Notes: generated by a model not told the origin, from the letters alone. DNA of 64,000 bases from Elusimicrobia bacterium GWA2_51_34 (GCA_001799565.1 MGTS01000021.1:192785-256784); one strand, 5' to 3'. Counted from the stretch's first letter, positions 17,302 through 25,352 are shown. A program made the numbers and translations.

Positions 17302-18371
17302 TTTTCCTCCTTATTTTCCATCTGCTCACCAACAAACAGCCGCTCACGGGCATGCGCTATGGCCCGGCGCAGGCGGGTCTCAAGCGCGGCACGCGGCGGA
17401 AGCTCCGTTAAATACTCCGCGACCCTGATTCCGCTCTTGTCCAGCTCCAACAGTTCCACCTGCTCTTCGGATTTGCCGGCACATAATATAAGCCCGATAG
17501 GAGCCTCCTCGTGCGGCTGGCGCTCGTGCTTATTCAGCCAGCGCAGGTAAAGCTCCATCTGCCCCTTAAATTCCGGCTTAAACTTCTCAAGCTTTAGTTC
17601 TATGGCCACCAGCCGCCGCAGTTTCCGGTGGAAGAACAGCAAATCCAGGTAAAAATCGTCCGGGCCGACCTGCATCCTTTTCTGCCGCGCGACAAAAGTA
17701 AAGCCGGCGCCAAGTTCAAGGATAAAAGCCTCCATCTCCCTTAATATGGCGGATTCAAGGTCTTTTTCCTGATAAGCGCCCTTCAAACCCAAAAAATCAA
17801 GAAAATATGGGTCACGGAAAACCAGGTCAGGGCTGAGCGTATCTTCTTCTTTCAATTTCCGCAACTCAAGTTCGGCTAGTTTGGCCGGCTTCCTGGACAA
17901 AGCCGTACGCTCAAAAAGCATACCGCCGATCTTTCGCTCCATGGTGCGGGTATTCCAATTTTCTATGCGGCACATCTCAGCGTAAAAAGCCCGCTTTAAA
18001 GGGTCTTTAATATAAATCAGGATTTTAAAATGGGTCCAGCTCAATTGTCTCCGCAGCGCGGAGACAATCTTTTCATCACGGAACACTTCAAAAAACCGTA
18101 TCATGTGCCGCAGATTCTTTTCAGACACACCTTCGCCGTACTCCGGCGTGAGAGTTGCAGACAATGTCCTGACGATAGCTTCGCCATACCCCGCCCTGCG
18201 GCTACCTAAAATCTCCAGGCTGATCCTGCGTCCTATTGCCCAATACATTGCCGCTATGCCGGAAGTAACCGCACTCGCAACCCCGACACGCGCCTGTGTA
18301 ATAAGCAAGCGAACATCGGCCAGCAGCCGTGGCGGACACTCCCCGGCATGCTCAATTTCTTTTTTTGACAT
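17298..18371 (-). CDS. YhcG/DUF1016-family PD-(D/E)XK nuclease-domain protein
   Basis: 357 aa. The N-terminal DUF1016 helical region has LSWTHFKILIYIKDPLKRAFY. The C-terminal nuclease core is FYLDLLFFHRKLRRLVAIELKLEKFKPEFKGQMELYLRWL. AAGGAGGGG RBS lies upstream. Confidence 0.85.
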   Translation of the reverse strand: MSKKEIEHAGECPPRLLADVRLLITQARVGVASAVTSGIAAMYWAIGRRISLEILGSRRAGYGEAIVRTLSATLTPEYGEGVSEKNLRHMIRFFEVFRDEKIVSALRRQLSWTHFKILIYIKDPLKRAFYAEMCRIENWNTRTMERKIGGMLFERTALSRKPAKLAELELRKLKEEDTLSPDLVFRDPYFLDFLGLKGAYQEKDLESAILREMEAFILELGAGFTFVARQKRMQVGPDDFYLDLLFFHRKLRRLVAIELKLEKFKPEFKGQMELYLRWLNKHERQPHEEAPIGLILCAGKSEEQVELLELDKSGIRVAEYLTELPPRAALETRLRRAIAHARERLFVGEQMENKEEK

Positions 18372-18431
18372 AACCCCTCCTTACCGCGTACATAGCATAG
18401 CAGGCTAACGCGACAACGTATTGTCGCGGTG
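18372..18431 (-). promoter_or_regulatory. Island module, element P copy 3 with perfect palindrome CGCGACAA-tacg-TTGTCGCG
   Basis: Gene-sense read is CACCGCGACAATACGTTGTCGCGTTAGCCTGCTATGCTATGTACGCGGTAAGGAGGGGTTATG. Confidence 0.65.
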
Positions 18432-18537
18432 TTTTTAAAATATTTTTCACAGCTGTCCGGGGAAAGTTTTAAACTGGGGTGGGGTGTAAACCGAGTCGGA
18501 CCTTAGAATAGGCCAAATCTCCTAAGATGGAGGTTAA

Positions 18538-18582
18538 GGTGACACACAACTTAATTCCCGTTCAATTAAGTTGTGTGTCACC
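18538..18582. repeat. Perfect 19-bp-stem hairpin whose right arm is element A copy 4
   Basis: GGTGACACACAACTTAATT-cccgttc-AATTAAGTTGTGTGTCACC. It lies 14 nt 3' of the ABC-F stop with no U-tract. The right arm matches the other A copies (AATTAAGT...TGTCACCG). Confidence 0.8.
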
Positions 18583-18595
18583 GTAATTATGCGCT

Positions 18596-20395
18596 TTATT
18601 TTTGCAGTTCTGACCAGCTTGCGATCAGGGTTTCTACTTTGCGCAGGGCGGCGTCCAGTTTTTTGTGACGCCTGGCCAGTTCTTCAGCGTCGGTGGCTAT
18701 GGAGGCGTCTTCAAGGGCCAAGCGGGCTTTTTGCGCCTGGTTCTCTGCGGTTTGAATCTCTGCTTCCAGTTTCCGGAAAGCATTTTTGTGCTCCCTTGTT
18801 TCTTTGGCGGAAGGGCCGGAGCGGGCGTCACTGTAGGCGGGTGCGGTCGCTGGCGGCGCGCTTTGCGCCTGCTCCGCCATCCAGTTCTCCCACTGCGGGA
18901 GATCGGCGAAAAAACGGGCATTGCCCCGCCCGTCCAGCGCCAGCAGCCGAAGGCTTACCCGTTCAAGCAGGTAGCGGTCGTGTGTGACCAGCACTAACGC
19001 ACCCGGAAATTCCTGCATGCTGGACTCAAGCACCTCAAGGGACTGCAGGTCCAGGTCGTTGGTGGGTTCGTCCAAAAACAGCACGTCGGCGGGCTGAAGC
19101 ATGAAGCCGGCTATAAGCACACGAGCCTGTTCTCCGCCAGAGAGCTGCCTGAGCGGCATGTCCAGCTGTTCCTGGCGGAATAAAAACCGCGAGGCCCAGC
19201 CGCGCACGTGTATGGCGCTGCCTTTGTAGTGCACATGCTCGCCGTTTCCGCAGAGCGCCCGTTTAAGAGTGTGGTCCAGGTTCAGCTGGGCGCGGTGCTG
19301 GTCGAAGGTTACAACCCGCAGGCCTTCAGCCTGCTTGCTGGTTCCAGAGTCGGGCGCCAACTGCCCCGCCAGCATTTTAATCAGGGTGCTCTTGCCAGAA
19401 CCGTTGCCGCCCACAAGGCCCAGCTTATCTCCGGGGCGAAGCGTGAGGTCCAGCGGGCCGAACAGTTTACGCCCGCCCATGCTTTTTACCGCCTTTACCG
19501 CGTATATCAGACGGTTGCCCTGGCGGTCTCCGGCGGTAAAGTCTATATCCGCAGCACGGCCCTGGGCGTTGTGATATTCCAGGTCGGAAAGTTCGTTTAT
19601 AAGTTCGCCGGCCCGGTCTATGCGGGCCTTTTGCTTGGTGGCGCGGGCCCTTGGGCCTTTGCGCAGCCAGGCTATTTCCCCCCGCACAATATTGCGCACA
19701 GAATCTTCTCGCGCGGCCTGCGCGTCAAAGAAGGCTTCACGGTTTTCAAGAAATTGACTGTAGTTGCCCGCGCTGCTGAAGTGTCCTTCCGGGTAGCGCT
19801 TGTTCAGCTCTATCACGCGGTTGGTCACGCGCTCAAGGAAGCGGCGGTCATGCGTGACCACGAGGAATGAAAACTTTAAATCAGAGATGAACCTCTCAAG
19901 CCAGAGAACACCCTCTATATCCAGGTGATTGGTAGGCTCGTCCAGCAAAAGCAGGTCCGGCTCGCGCGCCGCCTGGGCCAGTATAGCCAGGCGCTTGCGC
20001 CAGCCGCCGGAGAGCTCTGACACCTGCCGGGCCGGATCGGTTAAACCCGCCGCGGCAAGGCCTGAGTCCGCGCGGATGTCTATTTCATAATCCTGCAGGC
20101 CGAGGCCCTGCAGGGCCCGCACCACTTCCTCGCGCACGCTCCAGCCGGCGGGAGCCGGCTCAAAGAGGTCCTGTTGGGGCAGATAACCCAGGCGCAGGCC
20201 GCGCCGCGCGGTAACCGCACCGGAGTCCGGGGCCTCGCGGCCGGCCAGTATTTTAAGCAGGGTGGATTTGCCCGCGCCGTTTGGCCCGATCAGGCCGGTG
20301 CGTTCGCCTTCGGAGAGGCCGAAGGAAAGATTTTCAAACAGCGGCCGTGCGCCGAAGGTTTTGGAAAGATTCTGACAACTAAGCAGTATGGCCAT
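18596..20395 (-). CDS. ABC-F family ATPase (Uup/EttA-like, two ABC domains, C-terminal coiled coil)
   Basis: 599 aa with two Walker A motifs (GPNGAGKST, GGNGSGKST), two signature motifs (LSGGWRKR, LSGGEQAR) and no TM domain. Confidence 0.9.
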   Translation of the reverse strand: MAILLSCQNLSKTFGARPLFENLSFGLSEGERTGLIGPNGAGKSTLLKILAGREAPDSGAVTARRGLRLGYLPQQDLFEPAPAGWSVREEVVRALQGLGLQDYEIDIRADSGLAAAGLTDPARQVSELSGGWRKRLAILAQAAREPDLLLLDEPTNHLDIEGVLWLERFISDLKFSFLVVTHDRRFLERVTNRVIELNKRYPEGHFSSAGNYSQFLENREAFFDAQAAREDSVRNIVRGEIAWLRKGPRARATKQKARIDRAGELINELSDLEYHNAQGRAADIDFTAGDRQGNRLIYAVKAVKSMGGRKLFGPLDLTLRPGDKLGLVGGNGSGKSTLIKMLAGQLAPDSGTSKQAEGLRVVTFDQHRAQLNLDHTLKRALCGNGEHVHYKGSAIHVRGWASRFLFRQEQLDMPLRQLSGGEQARVLIAGFMLQPADVLFLDEPTNDLDLQSLEVLESSMQEFPGALVLVTHDRYLLERVSLRLLALDGRGNARFFADLPQWENWMAEQAQSAPPATAPAYSDARSGPSAKETREHKNAFRKLEAEIQTAENQAQKARLALEDASIATDAEELARRHKKLDAALRKVETLIASWSELQK

Positions 20396-20504
20396 AGTAG
20401 GGACCGCGCGGTTCTGGAATTCTGCGGGCTTACGGCCTTCCTGCTGAAAACCGGTCCGCCCTCAAGTTTAGCACTTTTCACAAACCGGCTTCGGGAGAAC
20501 CTTT

Positions 20505-21584
20505 TTATTGGATGGGGATTGCGGAGCGGATAGCCCAGCGGAGTTTCGCGCAGGAAGAACGCGAATTATTTCTTTGCTCTTCCGGCGAGGGGCGCAGGCA
20601 GGTTGGCGCTATGCCGGAATAAATACCCGATTTTTCGCCATTCGCGAAGGCTTTTTTTACCCTGCGGTCCTCGCCCGAATGGAAAGATAAAACAGCCGCC
20701 CGTCCGCCCGGTTTCAGGCACCAGGGAAGCGCGTCCAGAAACCGGTCCAATACGCTTAACTCTTCGTTCACGCCAATGCGCAGCGCCATAAAAACACGCT
20801 GCAGAGATCTCTTTATCGCGTTATCAGTTTCTTTTAAAGGGAGTTTTTCAAGCGCGGCGCGCACGGTGTCCGCCAGCTGCACCGTGGTGTTTATGGGCGT
20901 CAGGCTGCCTTTGATCGCACGCGCTATAACTTCGGCGTGGGGCTCGTCGGAGTTCCCGGACAGCAGCTTTGTAAGCGCGTTGAAACTTATAGATTTCAGC
21001 AGTTCCGAAGCCGGAACTCCGCGCGCCGGGTTAAAACGCAGGTCAAGCGGCCCTTCGAACTTATAGGTAAATCCGCGCCGCGGATCGTCCAACTGCATGG
21101 AAGAAACGCCGAGGTCGGCAAGTATGAGATCAAATCCGCCGCCAGCCTCGGGCAGCAGGCCTATGATACCGGCAAAATTCATTTTGCGGGCAATAAGCGC
21201 TTTTTCTGAAAAACCAAGGCCGCGCAGCCGGGCTTCAGTACGGGGCAGTTCCAACGGGTCCACGTCAAGGCCGAAAAGCCTGCCGCCGGGCTGGAGACGC
21301 GGCAGTATTTCCTGCGCGTGGCCGCCAAAACCAAGCGTGGCGTCCAGGCCGGTTTCGCCGGGCTTTGGCTTCAGTATAGAAAGGATCTCTTTGACGCAAA
21401 TAGGCAGGTGCATTCCGGCAGGGGTGCGGCCGCGTGCGATTACATGCGCCACATCCCGCGCGTATCTGGCGGGATCGTGTTCTTTGTATTTGTCTTCAAA
21501 CCGGCGCGGATTCCTGCCCCTGTAACGGACACGGCGTTTATGGGGTACCTGCGGTTCCGGTGATTGCGGCGGTTCCTGGGTCAT
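20505..21584 (-). CDS. RsmH/MraW-family SAM-dependent rRNA (cytosine-N4) methyltransferase-like protein with an Arg-rich N-terminal extension
   Basis: 359 aa with HLPICVKEILSIL, DATLGFGGHA, GLDVDP, and DLGVSSMQLDDPRRGF. It is not in a dcw/mraZ context. Confidence 0.75.
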   Translation of the reverse strand: MTQEPPQSPEPQVPHKRRVRYRGRNPRRFEDKYKEHDPARYARDVAHVIARGRTPAGMHLPICVKEILSILKPKPGETGLDATLGFGGHAQEILPRLQPGGRLFGLDVDPLELPRTEARLRGLGFSEKALIARKMNFAGIIGLLPEAGGGFDLILADLGVSSMQLDDPRRGFTYKFEGPLDLRFNPARGVPASELLKSISFNALTKLLSGNSDEPHAEVIARAIKGSLTPINTTVQLADTVRAALEKLPLKETDNAIKRSLQRVFMALRIGVNEELSVLDRFLDALPWCLKPGGRAAVLSFHSGEDRRVKKAFANGEKSGIYSGIAPTCLRPSPEEQRNNSRSSCAKLRWAIRSAIPIQ

Positions 21585-21644
21585 GGCGGTAAACTAGCGG
21601 CGCATGGTTTGTTTATAAAGATTTCCCGGCCGCGCGCGCCGGGA

Positions 21645-21977
21645 TCATATCCCCATACGTGCCAGCATCATGCAGATTTCATTGGTTATTTCCACCATCT
21701 TCGGGTGGGAAACTTCAAATCCTTTTACGGAAGCCGCTATTCCGGAGATGGAAAGATCTTTAAGTTCTGCGCTCATCTTGGCCCTGGTGACTTCGTGGGC
21801 GGCAATTTCGGTAAAATGGGCCACGCTGCGCGCGTCGTCCATCCTGGACTCGGGCAGCACCGCGAGTTCTGCCTTCAGCTGATTAAGAAGGGAAACCAGC
21901 CTGGCTTTCTCCTTACCGTCAGCCTCCTGGATCCTGGCTATAGCTGATTCTATCTTTGACAATGTTTCTTTTATCAT
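21645..21977 (-). CDS. DUF4404-like small helical protein
   Basis: 110 aa from the ATG at 21977 (GGAGG 3 nt upstream). The family assignment is from memory of similar small proteins and is weak. Confidence 0.45.
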   Translation of the reverse strand: MIKETLSKIESAIARIQEADGKEKARLVSLLNQLKAELAVLPESRMDDARSVAHFTEIAAHEVTRAKMSAELKDLSISGIAASVKGFEVSHPKMVEITNEICMMLARMGI

Positions 21978-22147
21978 AAGCCTCCAAATCCGCAATTCAG
22001 ACTATTCTATATCTTTTAACGTTGTAAATCTTCTTTTGCATCCTCCGGGGGAGAGCCTGAACCGCCCCATAAACTTCGCTTCTTTTTGGGAAAATGCGGG
22101 AGGAGAGCGGTGTTCAGCGCTTGGTTAAATATATTTTGAAAATGCGG

Positions 22148-22153
22148 TATAAT
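22148..22153 (+). promoter_or_regulatory. Consensus -10 (TATAAT) 7 nt upstream of the ATG at 22161, a possible leaderless transcript
   Basis: In the sequence gcggTATAATcaaagagATG there is no SD sequence between the hexamer and the start codon. Confidence 0.35.
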
Positions 22154-22160
22154 CAAAGAG

Positions 22161-23528
22161 ATGAAAAAAATAATCGTTTTGTTTTTATTTACTGTTCCGG
22201 CTTTCGTGAACGCGCAGAAGATAAAAGCGGCGGAAACAGCAGATAAAACCGTTATTTACAGAACAATCGCCGCCGGACTGCTGCGAAACTGCGCGGGCGC
22301 GGGTAAAAAAATAGCCTTGTACGGCTTTTCCTATTCCGACGGGCGGGATTCCAGGGACGGGGGAGTGGTAGCCGGAAAAATAACCGCAGAACTGGTAAAA
22401 TTAAAAAAAACCAGGGTGATAGAACGGGAAGAAATAGAAAAAGCGCTTGAAGAATTAAAACTTCCGCGCTCCGGCGCCCTAGATCCCGATTACGCCGGAA
22501 CGATAGGCAAAATGCTTGGCGCCGGCTGTGTGGTGACGGGAACTTTAACTGAACTGTCTGATAAACAGTCGGAACTGAACACCCGCCTGGTCAGTGTGGA
22601 ATCCGGTGAAACAATAAGAGCCGCCAACAACCCGATAACAAAAGACTGGCTGGATCAATACAGGGAACTCCTCAAAGAACAAAATAAAGCGGTTGAGAAA
22701 AACTCAAATGACGCAAAGGCATTTTACGAAAGGGGAGTAATATATGCCGATTTGGGCGAATATGACAGCGCTGAAGACAGCTTTGACACAGCGATCAGTA
22801 TTGATCCGGCCTATTTGGCGGCTTATTTAGGAAGGGGAAATGCCTGCGATAAAATGGGAGCATATGATAAGGCAATTGAAGATTATTCCAAAGCGATAGC
22901 CCTCAACCCAAAGTCAGCTCAGGCATATTCCGGCCGCGGGAAGGCCCGCTATGCCGGGGGCGGGCATGGCAAGGCGATTGAAGATTATTCCAAAGCGATA
23001 ACCCTCGCCCCGCGTTGGGGCCAGGCATATTGCGACCGCGGAAACGCCTACTATGCCGGGGGCGGGTATGACAAGGCGGTTGAAGATTATTCCAGGGCGA
23101 TAGTAATAGACCCAAAGCTTGCCAACGCGTATTTATTGCGCGCATCTGTTTATTCCGGGAGAAATGAGCATGAGAAGGCGGTTGAAGATTATTCCAGGGT
23201 GATAGCAATTGACCCCCAATTTGCCGGCGCATATTTATTACGCGGGGATGCCTATTGCAAAAAAGGCTGGTATGACAACGCAGTTGAAGATTATTCCAGG
23301 GTAATAGCAATTGACCCCCAATTTGCCGGCACGTATTTGTTGCGCGGAAATATCTATTACCAGGCAGGCGAATACAACAAAGCAATTAAGGATTTTTCCA
23401 AAGTGATAGAGCTCTCTCCGGAATTTATCGGTTCATATTTATTGCGCGGGGATGTTTATTCTAAGAAAGGCGAGCACGGCAAGGCGGCGGCTGACAGGGA
23501 AAAATTCAAAAGCCTGTCTCAAAAATAA
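22161..23528 (+). CDS. Secreted protein with an N-terminal CsgG/LpoB-like domain and about 7 TPR repeats
   Basis: It has a signal peptide MKKIIVLFLFTVPAFVNA. The repeats have a 34-aa period with motif A(I/V)EDYS(K/R)(A/V)I..(D/N)P..A.AY..RG. Confidence 0.8.
   Translation: MKKIIVLFLFTVPAFVNAQKIKAAETADKTVIYRTIAAGLLRNCAGAGKKIALYGFSYSDGRDSRDGGVVAGKITAELVKLKKTRVIEREEIEKALEELKLPRSGALDPDYAGTIGKMLGAGCVVTGTLTELSDKQSELNTRLVSVESGETIRAANNPITKDWLDQYRELLKEQNKAVEKNSNDAKAFYERGVIYADLGEYDSAEDSFDTAISIDPAYLAAYLGRGNACDKMGAYDKAIEDYSKAIALNPKSAQAYSGRGKARYAGGGHGKAIEDYSKAITLAPRWGQAYCDRGNAYYAGGGYDKAVEDYSRAIVIDPKLANAYLLRASVYSGRNEHEKAVEDYSRVIAIDPQFAGAYLLRGDAYCKKGWYDNAVEDYSRVIAIDPQFAGTYLLRGNIYYQAGEYNKAIKDFSKVIELSPEFIGSYLLRGDVYSKKGEHGKAAADREKFKSLSQK
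22860..23470 (+). repeat. Six 102-bp tandem coding repeats (TPR units)
   Basis: ttgaagattattcca recurs at a 102-bp period. Units starting at 23181 and 23283 are near-identical over about 49 nt (gttgaagattattccagggtRatagcaattgacccccaatttgccggc). Confidence 0.85.
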
Positions 23529-23560
23529 AGGCTTTCCCGCGTTGACAGCCCGCTGAAAAG

Positions 23561-23592
23561 CAGCCGTTACAGAAACGGCTGTTTTTATTTTA
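23561..23592 (+). terminator. Intrinsic terminator of the TPR gene
   Basis: CAGCCGTT-acaga-AACGGCTG followed by TTTTTATTTT. Confidence 0.8.
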
Positions 23593-23599
23593 CCGCGGG

Positions 23600-23968
23600 T
23601 TAAAAAATCATTATCTGGTATCCGCTTTCCACAAAACGCCCTATGCCGGCGTGGCCGTCCAGATCTGAAATAAGCCTGAGACCTTCTTTCCCGGCAATTT
23701 TTGCCACATCTCTGTCTTTTTCATTCGTTGAGCAGCCGCCCGAAGCGGTTTTGCAGGCGCCTTCCAGCAGGCCGCTGTCTTTAGCTCTTTTAAAGAGCTG
23801 GCTGAAGTTCCCTCCTTCCGCAAGCCGGTTAAGGCATGCGGTCGCGGGCCCTTCCAGGATCAAGCGGACCTTATGCCCAAGCGCATGGCATTCCAGGGCG
23901 TACATGAACGCATGATTCTGCCTGCAGGCGTCGTCCGTAAATACCAGGAATAAAAGTTTCTGTTTCAT
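23600..23968 (-). CDS. DsrE/DsrF-like family protein
   Basis: 122 aa with an MKQKLLFLVFTDD... beta-alpha fold pattern and conserved Cys residues. The family call is from memory. Confidence 0.5.
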   Translation of the reverse strand: MKQKLLFLVFTDDACRQNHAFMYALECHALGHKVRLILEGPATACLNRLAEGGNFSQLFKRAKDSGLLEGACKTASGGCSTNEKDRDVAKIAGKEGLRLISDLDGHAGIGRFVESGYQIMIF

Positions 23969-24184
23969 CGTTTCTCCCCAGGCTCCTGTTTTAAAACCTG
24001 TTCAATTATTTGGCCGCGCGCGGCGCTGAACTTCCGCGTTTTTTCGCCTGCCCCGATACGGCCGCTACCGCTATAATACAATCCTCTGAATGTGCCGTCA
24101 AAGGGCTGCCGGTCTGTTATACGGCAAACCGGACCGCCCGCCTCATTTGCTAAAATAACGTAATACGCCATACGGAGGTTTTTT

Positions 24185-25195
24185 ATGAAAAAATTTATTC
24201 TGGCTGCGCTGCTGATCGGGCTTGGCGCGGCGGCGCGCGGCGAAATTATACTCCTTAAAGACGGCACAAAAATAGACGGTGAAATTACCGGGGAAATGGA
24301 CGGCGCGGCGCTGGTAAAAACAAAATACGGCTCGCTTACCATAAACAAGAACGATATATTTCAGCCCGGCATCCCGGAAATAATTGATTCCACGTCCGCC
24401 GGCACAAAGCCGGGGCCCGCGTTAACTTTTAAAACCATAACGCCCGACACTTCCACCACGCAGGGGATCTATTACGCGGACTCGGTTATTATAGCCACTG
24501 AAACTTTCTCGGCCTCCGGCGCCCTGCTTGGCCTTGAAGGAACTATTAAGGACGGAACCTACACGGAATATTACGGCAGCGATACTTTAAAAACCGTAAA
24601 AACCATGTTAAACGGAAAATCCAACGGAACGTTTAAAGCCTTTTTTGAAAACGGAACGGTTCAAACCGAGGCGCAATACGGCAACGGAGTTCTTGACGGC
24701 CCGGTTACAATACGCGGCGCGACAGGAATATTGCAATTTGAACAGAGTTTCAAGAACGGCGTGCCGGACGGCTGGTTCCGGCAGTACGACGCCCTGGGCG
24801 CGGTAAAAACCGAAACGCTGTATGTTAACGGCCTTGTCGCTGAAAACCCGAAATGGAGTGATCAACAACCGGAAAAACAAAAGGAATCCGTCAAAGAACC
24901 CGAAAACGACTCAATGGTAACCGCAAAAACGCAGAGCCTGGCCCGCGGCGAGCGCGTTTCTTTTTATCTCAACAATAAGTATGTGGCCAAGGTGCACTTG
25001 GATAAGTATTTTAATATAGTGGGCAAAGGGGGCAAAGCGCCGGATGGGGCCGTTAAGGCATACTCCAAAGACGGAAAGCTGGAAAAAGAATTTGTTTTTG
25101 AAAAAAATGAAATCAAAATTCTGCGCGTCTACGAACCCGGCGGCGCGCTGAAAGCCGAATACAGCTATAAGGAAGACAAAGCTGTAAAGAAATAA
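24185..25195 (+). CDS. Secreted MORN/YwqK-type repeat protein
   Basis: It has a signal peptide, and repeated G...Y..G.L..E..Y.NG..dG motifs (TEYYGSDTLK, KAFFENGTVQTEAQYGNGVLDGP, FRQYDALGAVKTETLYVNG). Confidence 0.7.
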   Translation: MKKFILAALLIGLGAAARGEIILLKDGTKIDGEITGEMDGAALVKTKYGSLTINKNDIFQPGIPEIIDSTSAGTKPGPALTFKTITPDTSTTQGIYYADSVIIATETFSASGALLGLEGTIKDGTYTEYYGSDTLKTVKTMLNGKSNGTFKAFFENGTVQTEAQYGNGVLDGPVTIRGATGILQFEQSFKNGVPDGWFRQYDALGAVKTETLYVNGLVAENPKWSDQQPEKQKESVKEPENDSMVTAKTQSLARGERVSFYLNNKYVAKVHLDKYFNIVGKGGKAPDGAVKAYSKDGKLEKEFVFEKNEIKILRVYEPGGALKAEYSYKEDKAVKK

Positions 25196-25236
25196 CACTA
25201 CCGGCGGATCTTTCACGCTATTGCCCGGCGCCATAT

Positions 25237-25274
25237 AAAAAGGCTGCCCCGAACATAAGGCAGCCTTTTATATT
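25237..25274 (+). terminator. Intrinsic terminator
   Basis: AAAAGGCTGCC-ccgaacataa-GGCAGCCTTTT followed by ATATT. Confidence 0.75.
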
Positions 25275-25278
25275 GTAC

Positions 25279-25352
25279 TGGGCCCGGTAGGACTTGAACC
25301 TACGACCCAGCGATTATGAGTCGCTTGCTCTAACCAACTGAGCTACGGGCCC
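25279..25352 (-). tRNA. tRNA with CAT anticodon (Met, or lysidine-modified Ile2)
   Basis: The reverse complement gggcccgtagctcagttggttagagcaagcgactCATaatcgctgggtcgtaggttcaagtcctaccgggccca folds as a cloverleaf. The anticodon arm GCGACTCATAATCGC matches E. coli ileX as I remember it, which favours Ile2. Confidence 0.85.

Noticed and set aside
13940-18371. Prophage or integrative element
   Set aside because: The ORF6N protein is the only phage-associated family present. There is no integrase, terminase, capsid, tail or lysis gene, and no att-type duplication of the tRNA-Cys 3' end.
12620-18590. Integron or CALIN cassette array, with the repeated module acting as attC
   Set aside because: There is no intI gene. 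The module carries promoter-like features (-10 and RBS directly before the genes) rather than sitting only at cassette 3' ends. I also cannot find the R''/R' (RYYYAAC/GTTRRRY) pairing or extrahelical-base architecture by eye. I kept it as an unexplained cassette-like structure instead.
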